A stretch of DNA of 64,000 nt from Octopus vulgaris (lineage: Eukaryota), in assembly GCA_951406725.2 (NCBI GenBank), contig OX597829.1, positions 32,550,001 through 32,614,000 on the forward strand, in the 5' to 3' direction. The notes beneath the pieces were generated by a model. That model ran no database searches, was not told where the DNA came from, and saw only the letters and a list, made by a program, of their open reading frames with translations. Positions 42,677 through 56,466 of this stretch are shown here, in pieces. The translations under genes and the position numbers were made by a program. Position 1 is the first letter of the stretch; the number at the start of each line of letters is the position of its first letter.

Positions 42677-43123
42677 TTCTCGTTTCGTGTTGACGCTTGT
42701 CTGTCGAATTTCTCATTCATTCTTGCTTCTTAGATAACTGCTGCTGATAAATCAACACAACACGCTCGTTACTGCTGTTGCTGCTGCTGCTGCTCTTCCT
42801 TATGTTGTAGTTGTTGTTGTTGTTATTGCTATCAGTATTCTATTAATATTATTAGTAGTACTGTGGCCGACGCTCCTGCTGCTGTTATTAATACTTCTGG
42901 CGGTTGTAGAGGTAGAGGGAGAGACGGGTGGTGTTGTTGTTGTTATTGGTGGTGGTGGTGGAGGCGGTGATGGTTAACGTTGCTATATTGTCTTTGTTGA
43001 TCTTGTTATTGTTGTTGCTGCTGCGGTTGCTAACCGTCAGGCACGTAATAAATACAGTCCCTCTGTGGTCCCTCCGGATTGGTTGTCTCACACCCACACA
43101 CAGAATCCGCTGCCCCCATTATC

Positions 43124-43155
<32 letters not shown>

Positions 43156-43245
43156 TGCATCTATACATACATACATGCATCTATACATACATACATACAT
43201 ACATACATACATACATACATACATACATACATACACATACATATG

Positions 43246-43285
<40 letters not shown>

Positions 43286-44019
43286 TACATATATACATAC
43301 AAAGGGGGGTACATATATTGTATATATATACATACATAATATGTATATAATATAGATATTATGTATGTGTACACCCACAGAGATACCCATATGAACATAC
43401 ATACACGCATATGTGTGCGCGTGAACCATGTTATCTTACTTTATCTTTTTCTTTTCACCTTTCCTGGGAAATGTTCCATTTTTTTTTGTATAAGTTTCCT
43501 CAGCATCACCCCCCCCCCCACCCGCCATCTCTAGTCATATTTTTACCATTTATACTGTTGTTTTTAAGTTTTGTTTTGTTTTGTTATCATCCCTGTATCT
43601 ATATCTGTACAGCACGACACCACAGTGCTCTCGCCCACACGCCACCCGAACTCACACCTCAACACTACACTAACCTGCTTTCCTATCTTCGCGCTTAGTT
43701 TTTTTTCTTTTTTGTTCATTTCTTTATCCAGTTACTTATTGAGTGTATGTGTGTGTGAGAGAGAGAGAGAGAGAAATGGAGAGGAAGACAGGGGTGAGGT
43801 GAGGTTCCATCCTTACACCCAACCCCATCTTTTCAGCACCCTGATTACATCCATCTTGCTCCCAACCCCGCTATCACCTCCATCATCGACCCTTCTGTAT
43901 ATCTTCACCTCCCACCGGTCTTCAAGCCTGTCACCTGTATGCCATACTTCACCAACATCATTATCATGACGACGATGATGATAAGGTCGAGGATGATGAT
44001 GATGATGATGATAATGATA

Positions 44020-44051
<32 letters not shown>

Positions 44052-44167
44052 GGTGATGATAATGATGTCAATGTTGATGACAACTACGATGATGATGATG
44101 ATGATGATGATGTTAGTCATTATTATCGTTTTCAATATAACCCCACCATCTCATCATCATCATCATC

Positions 44168-44199
<32 letters not shown>

Positions 44200-44315
44200 T
44201 ATCGTCATCATTATCGTCGTCATCATCATTATCATCATTATCGTCATCTTCATCATTATCATGATGATAATTTCTAACGTTTGACATACATTTGTAGGAA
44301 AGAGAGACAAGAGTG

Positions 44316-44346
<31 letters not shown>

Positions 44347-45231
44347 ACATGAACACCACGAACATGATCGCCATCATAATCACTACACCACCAGCACCAG
44401 CACCAACACTACCGCACCACTACCATCAGCTCCATCCGTTCCATCATCTTCATTGCCACCACTACCACTACCACCGTCATCGCCATCATCCTCATCATCG
44501 TCATCATCATTATCATCATCATCATCATTTCTGTTTGATATGCATTTGTCGGAAGGAGGGACAAAGACGATAAATTCACACACACACATACACACACACT
44601 CGCCTCCTAACCCCATACAATGCTTGACATACTGTATCCAACCCCCGAAAGCTCAAACGAAAGACCACCCCTGGTTGAATTTGATCTGAGAAGGTAAAGG
44701 AAAATTATTAGTGAAAGCCCATGCTCCTATTTATTTATTTATTTATTAGTTTGTTTGATTGTTTGTTTGTTGGACAACGGTGTGTTCTGTGGGTTCGATC
44801 TGGCTAAGAGTCAAACTTGAACTTCAGTAGATGAACGGCAGAAGGGAAGATGTTAAGGTATATACATGTATGTATGTGTGCTTATATATGTGTGGTGGTG
44901 GTGGTGGTGGTAGGGTTGTGAATTACAGAGGGATGCAATTCAGGAAGGATTGAACTGAGAATAAAATATGTTTAAACGGGTTGAGATGGATGGAGAGTAG
45001 TGAAGCGTAAAAATTCTTACTGAAATTATTAAGCGATGTTGTTATTGTTGCTATTATCCGGTGGGTGTTTTTGTTTTGTTTTTTTAATTCTTGTAAGACA
45101 TTGTATAGTGATTTTCACAACTGAGTTTCGGGAAACAGCAGAGTTCTGCAAAAATATATTGGGGTTCAACCAGTTAAGGTGTATTTTGATAACATATAAT
45201 AATAATGATGATGATGATGGTGATATGATGA

Positions 45232-45265
<34 letters not shown>

Positions 45266-45296
45266 GGTGGTGGTGGTGATGGTGATGATGATGATA

Positions 45297-45420
<124 letters not shown>

Positions 45421-45749
45421 TGATGATAATAAAAATAATAATATCAGTTTCCGGAGTTCGTTAAATGAATATTTTTGATAAAATAAAAGTTCTTTAATAT
45501 ACCCATATATTTTTTTTTTTAAATGAAGAAGTAATTTTGTTGGTATTGCTACTTGGAACGCCTTACAATAATAAATATGTGATCGCTGCTATTTCTAGCA
45601 CGCTAAACAAGATAATTTTTAACGAGCTTTCACTTGTACGACATTTTCATTTCATGTTTATTTTCATTCAACGTTTCCAATGTTCTCTCTCATTCTCTTT
45701 CTCTCTCACACACAAACACACCTACACTGTCTCTCTAATATAAATACAC

Positions 45750-47000
45750 ATACACACTCCAGGTTTGATTTCGTTATTACACAAATATCACATTTGAATT
45801 TTGAAATTCAACATGGGGCGTCCCAAAAAATACAATGATTTTACAGTTTACATGATCATGTTATTGAGGTTGAGATTACTTCTGGTCCTTATACAGGATC
45901 AATTCTGCTAATCCCAAGAATACTACAATTATCTCAAGAATTCAAATATCACATTTGAATCATATGAAACCAGGGCAATGTGACTGAAACAGATGTCTGA
46001 ATATGCAAAAGAGACGTAGACATGGTTCTGTTTCCGCTACACATGACCGACTGGTTGGGGTATCTCGAGAAGAGAATATTCTACTTGAAAATAATGTGTC
46101 AGATCACAAATCATCATGCAACACAAAGAGATCTTTTCTTCGCGATCATGTGGAAGTAGTGGAATTGACAACCAATCTAAGACTTCTCACAGAAGGTCAT
46201 TCTGATGAAAGAGAGTTTGCTAATTACCTTTTTGATGTAGGAAATGGTAACATTTCTGTTGAACAAAGCCTAGGTGAATTCAAAATCAAACTACCCAATG
46301 CCTTTGCCCTGAAAGTGGTACTCTTTCAGATTTATGAGATTTTGTATATGCTGACCTAAAAAATGACTTCACAAACCCTGTGTAGCTTGCAAATAGAACC
46401 ATCGTAACTCCATACAAATGAAGCAATACAATTTGTGAATGATTTTCCGTTGACCAGGATCCCTGGTGAGCTAAAAATATACAGAGAAGCTCAGATACAG
46501 TTGATAATGAAACTGTACCTAATCGAGTTCATCAAGAAACTTACACTATCAGGGTTTCCACTACACATTCTCAAATTGAAGAAAAAAACGATGCATCATG
46601 CACCTGAGAAGTTTAGATGCTACTAAAGGACATTGCAATGGCACACACTACATCAATGTATGTCAGTTTACACGATCATGTTATTGAGGCTGAGGCTGCT
46701 TCTGGTCCTTATGCAGGATCGTCTCTGCTAATCCCAAGAATAACACATGTATCTCAAGAAATGGAATTCCCATTCACATTTACAAACAAATTATTTCCTG
46801 TCAAGCTAGTTTTTGCCTCGACAAGCAACAAGGCAGAGGGACAGACTTTTGAAGAAATTGGAACAATTCTTCTCACATGGTCAGCTGTATCTTGCATTAT
46901 CTAGAGTTCAAAAGAAGGCTAATGTAAAAATATTGGCTTAGAGAAATGGAATCAGTATGATTATTGACAATTGTGTCTAGAAGGAGATACTACTTTAAAG
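45750..47000 (+). mobile_element. Helitron relic (Pif1-like helicase C-terminus; internally deleted and rearranged)
   Basis: Fragments VELTTNLRL, FANYLFDVGNG, LSGFPLHILKLK, LLIPRI...PFTF..KLFPVKLVFASTSNKAEGQT, FSHGQLYLALSRV follow Helitron helicase motifs; frameshifted. Confidence 0.9.
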
Positions 47001-47296
47001 CAAAATGTGTTTTTTTTTAGCAAGTTTCAGTAAATAGAATTAACACATAAATTATTTGTAAAGTAACATATATTCGTGAGGAATTAAATTGTTTTGACAT
47101 ACATCAACACATGCCAGTTGAATGATATCGTTATATTAGATCATTTTAAATTTGGTTATATATGAAAAAGTAAGGAAATACCATTTCCATGCATTCTCCA
47201 GCACCAGACTTTTGTGCGTGTGCGTCTGTGTCTGTGTGCGTGTGCCCATCTATCCGTTCGTTTGTCCGTCCGTCCGTCCGCCTGTCTCTTTGTCTG

Positions 47297-47381
<85 letters not shown>

Positions 47382-47419
47382 GCACACCTATGTAAGTTCT
47401 ACCATGATTTAGTTATATC

Positions 47420-47492
<73 letters not shown>

Positions 47493-47508
47493 ATTTCTAC
47501 ATTATATA

Positions 47509-47781
47509 TCTACATATAAATTTCTGTGATGTCCGTTAGTTAGTTAGTCGCACCCTCCATAATAACCATATTATAGGATTGACTCTCTGGGAATTTTTTA
47601 TAAATTATTCCCTTAATATATATATCGATAAAAAAAAGGCACTTTCGAAGCGTCTGTTATTATTTATTATCACAAATTTAGATATTTGTTGACAAGCTTT
47701 ACGTTCACTGCAGAGTAGGTTTTAACATTTGATAAAAAATATTAATATGTTCTGGCAAAATTTTTAGTTTTCATTTGCAAC

Positions 47782-47865
<84 letters not shown>

Positions 47866-48388
47866 ACCTCTAACTGTTTTCATTAATAATAATCTACTTA
47901 ATATATCATCATTCTAATTTTTTTCATTTCAAGTTATATTTCGTTATTTCAGATGAGGAAATCAGGTATTTTGTTGATCTAAATTCGCTATATAAATGCC
48001 CTCAGTTTATTGTTTATATATACTGAAAATAGATTATATTGAACAACTTATTAAAACTTACTGAAGCTTCGAACTCATATGACTTATTTCCTTTCCGTCG
48101 TGTTGCTATGGCTATTTGATACGATATAGGTATTAAAATATCTTTATGAGACCACTGCTATTTTTTGGCACATTAACCGTAGTTGGACTACCTTGATATT
48201 TGTTTAAAGAAGACAGTTTATGACTGTGATAAAATAATGAAAGTAATATTTACTAAGCAAGTGAGCACTATGACGCAAAAAAAAATAGACTTAAAATATC
48301 ATAACAATTATTAGGATTGGGATTCAAATGTGGAAATATTATCAAGTGTCTAGCAGAAAAAACGTCTGGAGGACGGTCATTCTGCTAC
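47509..48388 (+). mobile_element. Possible non-autonomous Helitron-like element
   Basis: Starts A|TC followed by a short (GTTA)n tract; ends with hairpin CGTC-TGGAG-GACG ~10 nt before CTAC (imperfect CTRR). Confidence 0.3.
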
Positions 48389-48412
48389 TAACAACAACAA
48401 CAACAACAGCAA

Positions 48413-48443
<31 letters not shown>

Positions 48444-48476
48444 AACAACAACAACAACAACCATAACAACAACAAC

Positions 48477-48521
<45 letters not shown>

Positions 48522-48526
<5 letters not shown>

Positions 48527-51243
48527 TTTGGATATAGCAATGAACCCTAATAAACTAGCTAACATACGGAGATATATTCTCAAAACAAAAAAAATATCAG
48601 AAATAGAAATAGATCACATAATAGGAAAAAATACATCAGGAAAACGTAGATAGTAACCACATAGCAATGCCAAATAATATCATAAGCACCGGGACTGTAA
48701 AGCATGAAGGTGGACGTAACATGTCCAACAAAAACGAAGTAAATAACGAAAGACAACCAAATCAGACCATAAATTGTATAATTATGAGCTAAATGCCCCA
48801 AACCAAAACACCACAGACAAAAATATGAACAGGAGGTAATACGAAACAAATCTGAAACATGGAAACAGTGAAGGTGAAACTAATGATTATGATACTCTAA
48901 AAATGAGCATAATCAAAGAATTGAAAGCTACAGATCTCAGTATGGAACACTAATTATACCTCCCAAAAATTAGAATTGATAATAAAACAACATGAATAAT
49001 GAATAGTGTGAACCTGGCCGTCACAGAACTAACAGCTACAGAAATAAATGTCAATATGACCAACTAAATGATATAATATATGCAGCAGCCTCTGTGACCA
49101 CAAAAGAAACTGGATACCCACTAAAATCCATCCAAACAGGAGTATCACCACCCTATGGATAAATAATATCCAGAAAAAATAGAAAATAAAAGAAAGGATC
49201 TGTCACTCCTTAATGAAACGGCTGTAAAGATCAGCTATTGAACAATAAAGCCATAACTGAAGACTGCCATAGGAAAAAGAAGGGTCTAAGCATAGCTTGG
49301 ATTGATTATCGAAAGACTTTTGATAGTATTCTCCAGACATGGATCCTTGAAACACTAGCTGTGAACAAGGTGGCACCCATAATCATAAAAATACAAAACA
49401 TTCAATGAATAATTGGCAAACAGTGCTACAGCTTCAGACAAAAGAAGGACTCATAAAAACCAAATCCACCCCAATTAGAAGAGGTATATTTCAAGGAGAT
49501 ACACCCTCTCCACTCTTTTTCTGCTTGGCACTGACACCGTTATCTGACATGCTAAACAGAATTGGTTGTGGATACAACTGTTACGGCAAAACAATCAACC
49601 ATTTATTGTATGCGGATGGTCTAAAACTGTATGCTGCAAATGATAAACAGCTGGAAACATTACTACAGAGAGTACATGGATTTACCAGAGAAATAAACAT
49701 GAAATTTGACTTAGAAAAATGTACCAAAGCCACCTTGAAAAGAAGAAAACTAGTTAAGAGTAACAACATCACATTAGCTAAATAAGAGAATTGCACCAAA
49801 GCAAGACATACAAATATTTAGGAATCAATGAACTAGATACGATTCAACACTCACAAATGAAAGATAGATAAGAAAGGAATACTATAGACGAGTTAGATTA
49901 ATACTAAAATCAGAGCTCAATGCGAAAAACAAAATAATAGGTATCAACATTCTAGCCGTCCTAGTTATAAGTTACAGCTACAATATTCTGAACTTGACTC
50001 TAGATAAATTAATCAAAATAGACAGGAATACAAGAAAAATAATGACAGGATTCAGGATGCACCACCCAAAAACTGACAGAAAAAGGTTATACATACAACG
50101 CGTTGATGGTGATAGAGGCCTTATATGGCTAGAAAGCTATTACAAAATAACCAACATAGGATCACAGAAATACCTATTTCAAAAGCAAGGAAAACTTATG
50201 CAAATAGCCACAAAACACAAACAAAACAAAAAACTACATTCTATCTTTAAGGAAGCTGACAAATACAAAAAAGAAATCATAGTACCTAACAACTATGAAG
50301 AAAAAGAAGAAACAATGAAATGTGAAAAACAACTGAAACCCAAACTAAAACTGAAACAGAAACTGATTATAATAAAAGGTGGCAAGAAAATTCCCTTCAT
50401 GGCAAATGCTGGGTTAAAATAAACAGAAAAGAAATAGACAAAGCAAAATCCCAACAATGGCTGAAAAGCCCGGGACTCAAAGCAGAGACCGAAGGATTTT
50501 TAATTGCAGCACAAGATCAAAGCCTTCCCACCAAGAATCACCACAAACACATAATGAAGAGAAATATAACAAGTAACTGCAGAATATGTGGTGATGGACA
50601 AGAAACAATGAATCATATTGTCTCTGGTTACCCAACATTGGCTAAGAAGGAATATATTCACAGACACGACAGAGTTGGAACCTTATATATATTGGAAGCT
50701 ATGCTAATCCTATGGAATATCAACAGAAAAAAGATGGTATAGGCACAGACAAGAAAAGGTCACAGAAAATGAGAAAGCAACCATACTCTGAGATATGCCA
50801 ATACAGACAGATAGAGAAATTAAGAACAATAGGGTAGATATAGTTGTTAGAGATCACCAAAAAAAAAAAAAATGCTTTCTAATTGATGTATCAATAGCAA
50901 CAGATGACAATGTTTCTCTAAAAGAAACGGAGAAACTTTCAAAATACAAAGATCTGGAAATAGAGATAACTCGAACGTGGAGCCTAAAAACAGAAACAAT
51001 TCCCATTATAATAGGCGCATTAGGTATGATAAAAATACATTCAGACAAATTCATAAACACCAGGACCAACAAGAGTATATAACATACAGAAAATTGTACT
51101 ACTGAGCACTGCACACATCCTACGTAAAACAGTTTCAATACAGTAAAAATAAGATCACTACAACAAACCACAGCACATACTCAAGGCACGCAGAGCTGCG
51201 CTCGGCAATGCAGTGAAAGCACGTGATAAAAATAAGACTACTG
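48522..51243 (+). mobile_element. R4/Dong-clade non-LTR retrotransposon relic (RT plus restriction-like endonuclease)
   Basis: RT motifs IRRGIFQGDTPSPLFF and NHLLYADGLKLYA; CRICG..ETMNHIVSG, RHDRVG, NRVDIV..IDVSI, EKLSKYKDL (zinc knuckle, RHD, PD-D, K..KY); frameshifted; (AAT)n on both flanks. Confidence 0.92.
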
Positions 51244-51261
51244 AATAACAACAACAACGAC

Positions 51262-51553
<292 letters not shown>

Positions 51554-51559
51554 ATATAA

Positions 51560-51768
51560 TAATCCTTTCTACCAAAGGCACAAGGCCTGAAATTTGGGTG
51601 AAGGGGGCCTAGTCAGTTGCATCGACCTCAATGTTTCACTGGTACATATTTTATCGACCTCGAAACGATGAAAGGCAAAGTCGACCTCGGCAGAATTTGA
51701 ACTCAGAACGTAGCAATGAGTGAAATACCGCTAAGCAGTTCGTCCAGCGTGCTAACGATTCTGCCACT
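51560..51768 (-). mobile_element. SINE family C
   Basis: ATGAAAGGCAAAGTCGACCTCGGCAGAATTTGAACTCAG...GCTAACGATTCTGCC. Confidence 0.85.
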
Positions 51769-51859
51769 TTACTAAAAAGAATGAAATTTATGTTCTAAAA
51801 CAAATGTTGTTCGCTATTTTCAATTTATACACACACGCATACATACATAGCGTACGTAA

Positions 51860-52157
51860 GTAGGTATGAATGTATGAATATATGTATGCATGCATGTATA
51901 TATGTATGCATGTATGTATGTATGTATGTATGTATGTATGTATGTATGTATGTATGTATGTATGTATGTATGCATGCATGTATGTATGTATGTATGTATG
52001 TATGTATGTATGTATGTATGTATGTATGTATGTATGTATGTATGCATGCATGTATGTATGCATGTATGTATGTATGTATGTATGTATGTATGTATGCATG
52101 TATGCATGTATGTATGTATGTATGTATGTATGTATGTATGTATGTATGTATGTATAT
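51860..52157. repeat. (TATG)n microsatellite
   Basis: Read directly. Confidence 0.97.
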
Positions 52158-52532
52158 ATTCGAACTTGGTACCATGTCACCGACAGGTTTAATTGAACGT
52201 TTTTTCCATCTACTCTTACAGATCCTTTTCGTTCTTTTCTTATTTTCAACTTCGTTTTCTTATTCTTCAACCTCCATCTCATCTCATCTTTTCCTTTCAC
52301 CTCACCCTCACCCTACATCCGTTTCTACTTCATCTTTCTTTTCCACTTCTCTCAGCCAATTTCTCTTCCCTGCCCACATATGAAGCTCGCGTGGTCCTGT
52401 GTTTCTTATCAGTTGCAGCCAGTTTTTCAAAATCAAAGGATGTAAAGCTCTGTTATGTTTCCTTAATTTCACTCTTGTCAACTTTTACTTCAAGGACTAC
52501 AAATGCCTTCTAATTGATGTATCAAGGACTAC

Positions 52533-52751
52533 AAATGCTTTCTAATTGATGTATCAATAGCAACAGATGACAATGTTTCTCTAAAAGAAACGGAGAAACT
52601 TTCAAAATACAAAGATCTGGAAATAGTGATAACTCGAACGTGGAGCCTAAAAACAGAAACAATTCCCATTATAATAGGCGCATTAGGTATGATAAAAACA
52701 CATTCAGACAAATTCATAAACACCAAGACCAACAAGAGTATATAACATACA
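52533..52751 (+). repeat. Local duplicate of LINE endonuclease segment 50870-51088
   Basis: About 219 bp with three substitutions seen by eye. Confidence 0.9.
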
Positions 52752-53404
52752 TACACACATACATATATACACACATACATATATACACACACATACACAT
52801 GTATATACACTTACACACACGTGTATGTGTGTGTGTAATTTGTTTCATTTAAAGTCTTATTAACATTAGAGTGCCGGGGTTGTCCATTTCCAGAAAATAT
52901 ATATACGGCTAATGTAATTTCTGGAAAATGCATGTGAGGATTCCGCGAAAAAATAAACTTAACAGATGTTAGCGCAATGAGATGATATATTTAGAAATAT
53001 ATCATCTCATTTGTCCTTCATCAAACGACAGAAAGTGGTTTAAGTGAGACTCAGTCGCTATTTCTTGTAGCTCTAGCGACTGCATAGAGGAGGTAATGTC
53101 TATTGAAGGATTATGAGTGGTAGGTGGGATACAGCTTGCTAGGCTAAAAGATTATAAGGCAGTGTAGAATCGGTAGTAGAGAAAGTTTAAGAGAGAGAAA
53201 ACCAATACATTTGCAATTAAGACGTTGTAATGTGTTTGTGGTTCGTGGTTCGATCGCTGCCAATCACTTTCTTTTGTATATCGTCTAGGATGTTTGTATG
53301 TTAGTGCGCGTAGAGTAACACAACCTCACATGTTGGAACGATGGCCCATTGAGCTTAATAAGCTGTTAGTAACTAATTAGAAATGAAATCTTCCTTGGGT
53401 TTAA

Positions 53405-53625
53405 CCCTTTACCATTCAGATTACTCCGTCCAATAAAATGCTTCTTTATTGACATTGTTTTGAATTGATCATGCATTAGCTGATAGGTTTGAGATTTCGA
53501 TGATGGGTTTGTTTATTTATAGAATGATATTGTAGGATCAGTGTGAGATGCTGCATTTGGTTGATTTGAACATAAAACAGATAAAGTATTTGGGCCTGGA
53601 TATGGCCGGTTTAAATGCTAAAGGG
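53405..53625. mobile_element. piggyBac-type MITE (TTAA TSD)
   Basis: TTAA|CCCTTTACCATT ... AATGCTAAAGGG|TTAA; 11/12 TIR match. Confidence 0.8.
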
Positions 53626-54039
53626 TTAAAAGAATTTCTAGTCTTTGTGATGTAGTTTTAATGATAAGGTAGCCAAAGTTAATTGTCAAAGATTTCGATA
53701 ACTGGTTTTCTTAATAACGTCGAGGTTCAAATTCTATGTTGTCATTCAGATATAAATCTGTTTCCGAGATATATGTAGTGATTGTTTTTAACGGTGTCGA
53801 AAAAAGACAAAGACTATACGATCAAAAGTCAGTATACGGTCAGTATAAGAAATATTGGTAGAAACTGAAAGTATGCGACCAAAATGTCTTGAGGTTTTTG
53901 TTTGGATTAGCTCACTGAAATGACACCAGTGAAAAGTCAGTTCAGTTGGGTATATCATTCATTCCTTTACAAATTTGTTATCTTGAGCCATTATGAAAAA
54001 AATCCTAATTCCTCTTTTTTTCGCACACACACATCAGCA

Positions 54040-55905
54040 TCTATTTCATGGGTGAAGAACTTATACAAAATTGTTTGATGATTATATATAATTTTTATGT
54101 ACAGTTGGAACTCTTCTCACGACTTTGATCTCTCTCTCTCTCTCTTTCTCCTCCATCTCTTTCTCAATCTTTGTCTCTGAATCTTTTTCGTTGTCCTCCT
54201 TCTCTTTGTTCATCCCTTCGAGAAGAGGAGAACAGAAAGAAAAAAGAAATGGCGGAGGTGGAGGAGGAGGAGAAGAAGAAAAAGAAGAAGAAGAAGAAGA
54301 AGAAGAAGAAGAAGAAGAAGAAGAAGAAGAAGAAGAAGAAGAAGAAGAAGAAGAAGAAGAAGAAGAAGAAGAAGAAGAAGAAGAAGAAGAAGAAGAAGAA
54401 GAAGAAGAAAGATGAGGAAGAAGAAAAACGTAAGGAGAAAGAAGAGGAGAAGAGGAAGAAAGAAGAGGAGAAGTTTATGGAAATTTTTATGTACAGTTGA
54501 AACTGAGCTCATTTTAAACTTCTCTTGTAATTTTCATGTTACGCTACAATAAGGGTCTTTTTCAGCTAACACTTACCAGCTCTTCGCCAATATTTCAGGC
54601 AGTCAGTTTAAGCAGAGTTGTGGGAATTTCCATATTCTCATCTATATTCTCAGTTTTATCTTGTCCTAAGATAAATTTTCTCTCTGGGACACTGGCAACT
54701 CAACTACATCATCCTCTATGACTTGTTCAAACCCTACAGCATTTGCAAGTGTCACAGTATCTTTCTGAATTTGATACAGACTTTCTTCTTGTGGAAAACT
54801 TGTAAAGTTACAGGTACAGTGTGACCATGTATTTTCCCAAGTAACATTCATAGTAGAGCATTTCACTTCATCCCATAACTCAGCTACGTTATTCATAGTA
54901 TTCATTATGCTGAACTTTTTCAAGAAGTCTTAAGTAGGTTTATCCTCTCCCGTCAATTGCTTTCACAAGTCCTTTGAAAGTTCTAATAACATGCCTTGAA
55001 GTTAACTATCATTCTATTGGTGTGAGAGTAAAGAAGTTGTATTCTTGGGGATATATTTTAATCCTGCATTATCGGAGAGATCATTTAAGTTCACTGTGTG
55101 AACTTTTTTCATTGTCTACAAGGAGCAATGCTTTATTGGAAGTATTATGTCTGGTACCGTAACTTTCTAAAGTAGGACAAAAGCATTTGCAAACCATTCT
55201 TCAAAACAGTCTCTTAATTGTTTATGCTTTTCTATTTAAATGCCAAATCAGAGGTATATTAAACTTTGCTTATCATAGAAAACCCCCAGATTTCCGACAT
55301 GATACGCGAGTAGGGAGCTTTGATTTCATATCACCAATGATATTTTCTCCCAGATGAAGCATTAACTTGGTATTGACATTTCTTCTCGAGAAATGAAGAT
55401 ACCAGCAGGTAGAAAACTGGTCTACCAACATTGTATCCTTTTTTATGAGTGTAGCCATCTCCAGCAATAATTTTCTTCAGTTGCTCAGGATAATTAGTCG
55501 TAGTCAATGGCTGCTGCAGCTATGCCGGTCATTTTTATATTGAGCTAATTCAAGCTAGCCCCAAAAGGATTTTCCTTAGAAGTTTCACCTTCACTTTTCT
55601 GCGATCGTCATACAAATGTTTGAGATTTTTAAAGAATAACATCATGTTTAGTGACTCATAACGTCGAGTTTGATATTTTATTACTATGCTCAAGAACCGT
55701 TCCATTTTAAGCATATACTCGATCTATGTAAAAGTAAGGTCCTAACAGTTAATGAAGTAGTTTCTTGAGCACTTGATTTAATTTTCTCTCTGTTGTCATT
55801 AAGATTAACTAGCAGGAACTGTGGAATTTTCACAGTGTATGTCAGCATAGTTGAAAACATTATGTTTATTATATCAAACACAAACATTTTTTGAAATCCA
55901 GCCAT
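54040..55905 (-). mobile_element. Tigger/pogo-like (DDE_1) transposase relic
   Basis: Minus-strand fragments IWHLNRKA, LLLVDN, NFKACY, KKFSIMNTMNNVAELWDEVKCSTMNVTW and C-terminal QTILYKFF; many stops and frameshifts. Confidence 0.75.
54111..54481. pseudogene. Rearranged (5'-inverted) copy of part of the 41464-42676 exon
   Basis: 54111-54219 matches 41938-42043 in the same orientation; 54218-54476 matches the reverse complement of ~41808-41948; flanked by AATTTTTATGTACAGTTG(G/A)AACT at 54090-54112 and 54482-54504. Confidence 0.9.
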
Positions 55906-56088
55906 TTAATCAAAACTGTACTTTGAAATATAATCGAAATAAACTCAGGAGGTATTGCTTATTTGCTTTCTTTTAATATGTTTCACAGATATTATGTGCT
56001 TTAGAGGTTAAGGAAATAAAAAGTTGCTGATGTATTAAAATGATAAAGCTTATTCATATATACATACATACATGCATATATATATATG

Positions 56089-56169
<81 letters not shown>

Positions 56170-56176
<7 letters not shown>

Positions 56177-56466
56177 CTCACTGTCCTGTTCTTGTTACTA
56201 CTTTCACCCTCCGCAAAAAATCCCAAATTTTATTAAATTTGTTTTGCGGGAAGGACTGTTTCAACGAAGTCGCGTCTTGTCCTTACCTTTAAAACGCAGA
56301 TGAAATAAGGACAACTGAAGAAGGGGAATATTCTTTATGTTGTATGTCTCGTTTCTCTGTTTGTTTTTTTCGTTGTTCGGAAAAAAGTTCGTTTATATAT
56401 TTTTGTATTTATGTTTTCGCTTCTCATTGTGTTCAACGTTTTTTTTTGATGACCTGTACCCATAAA

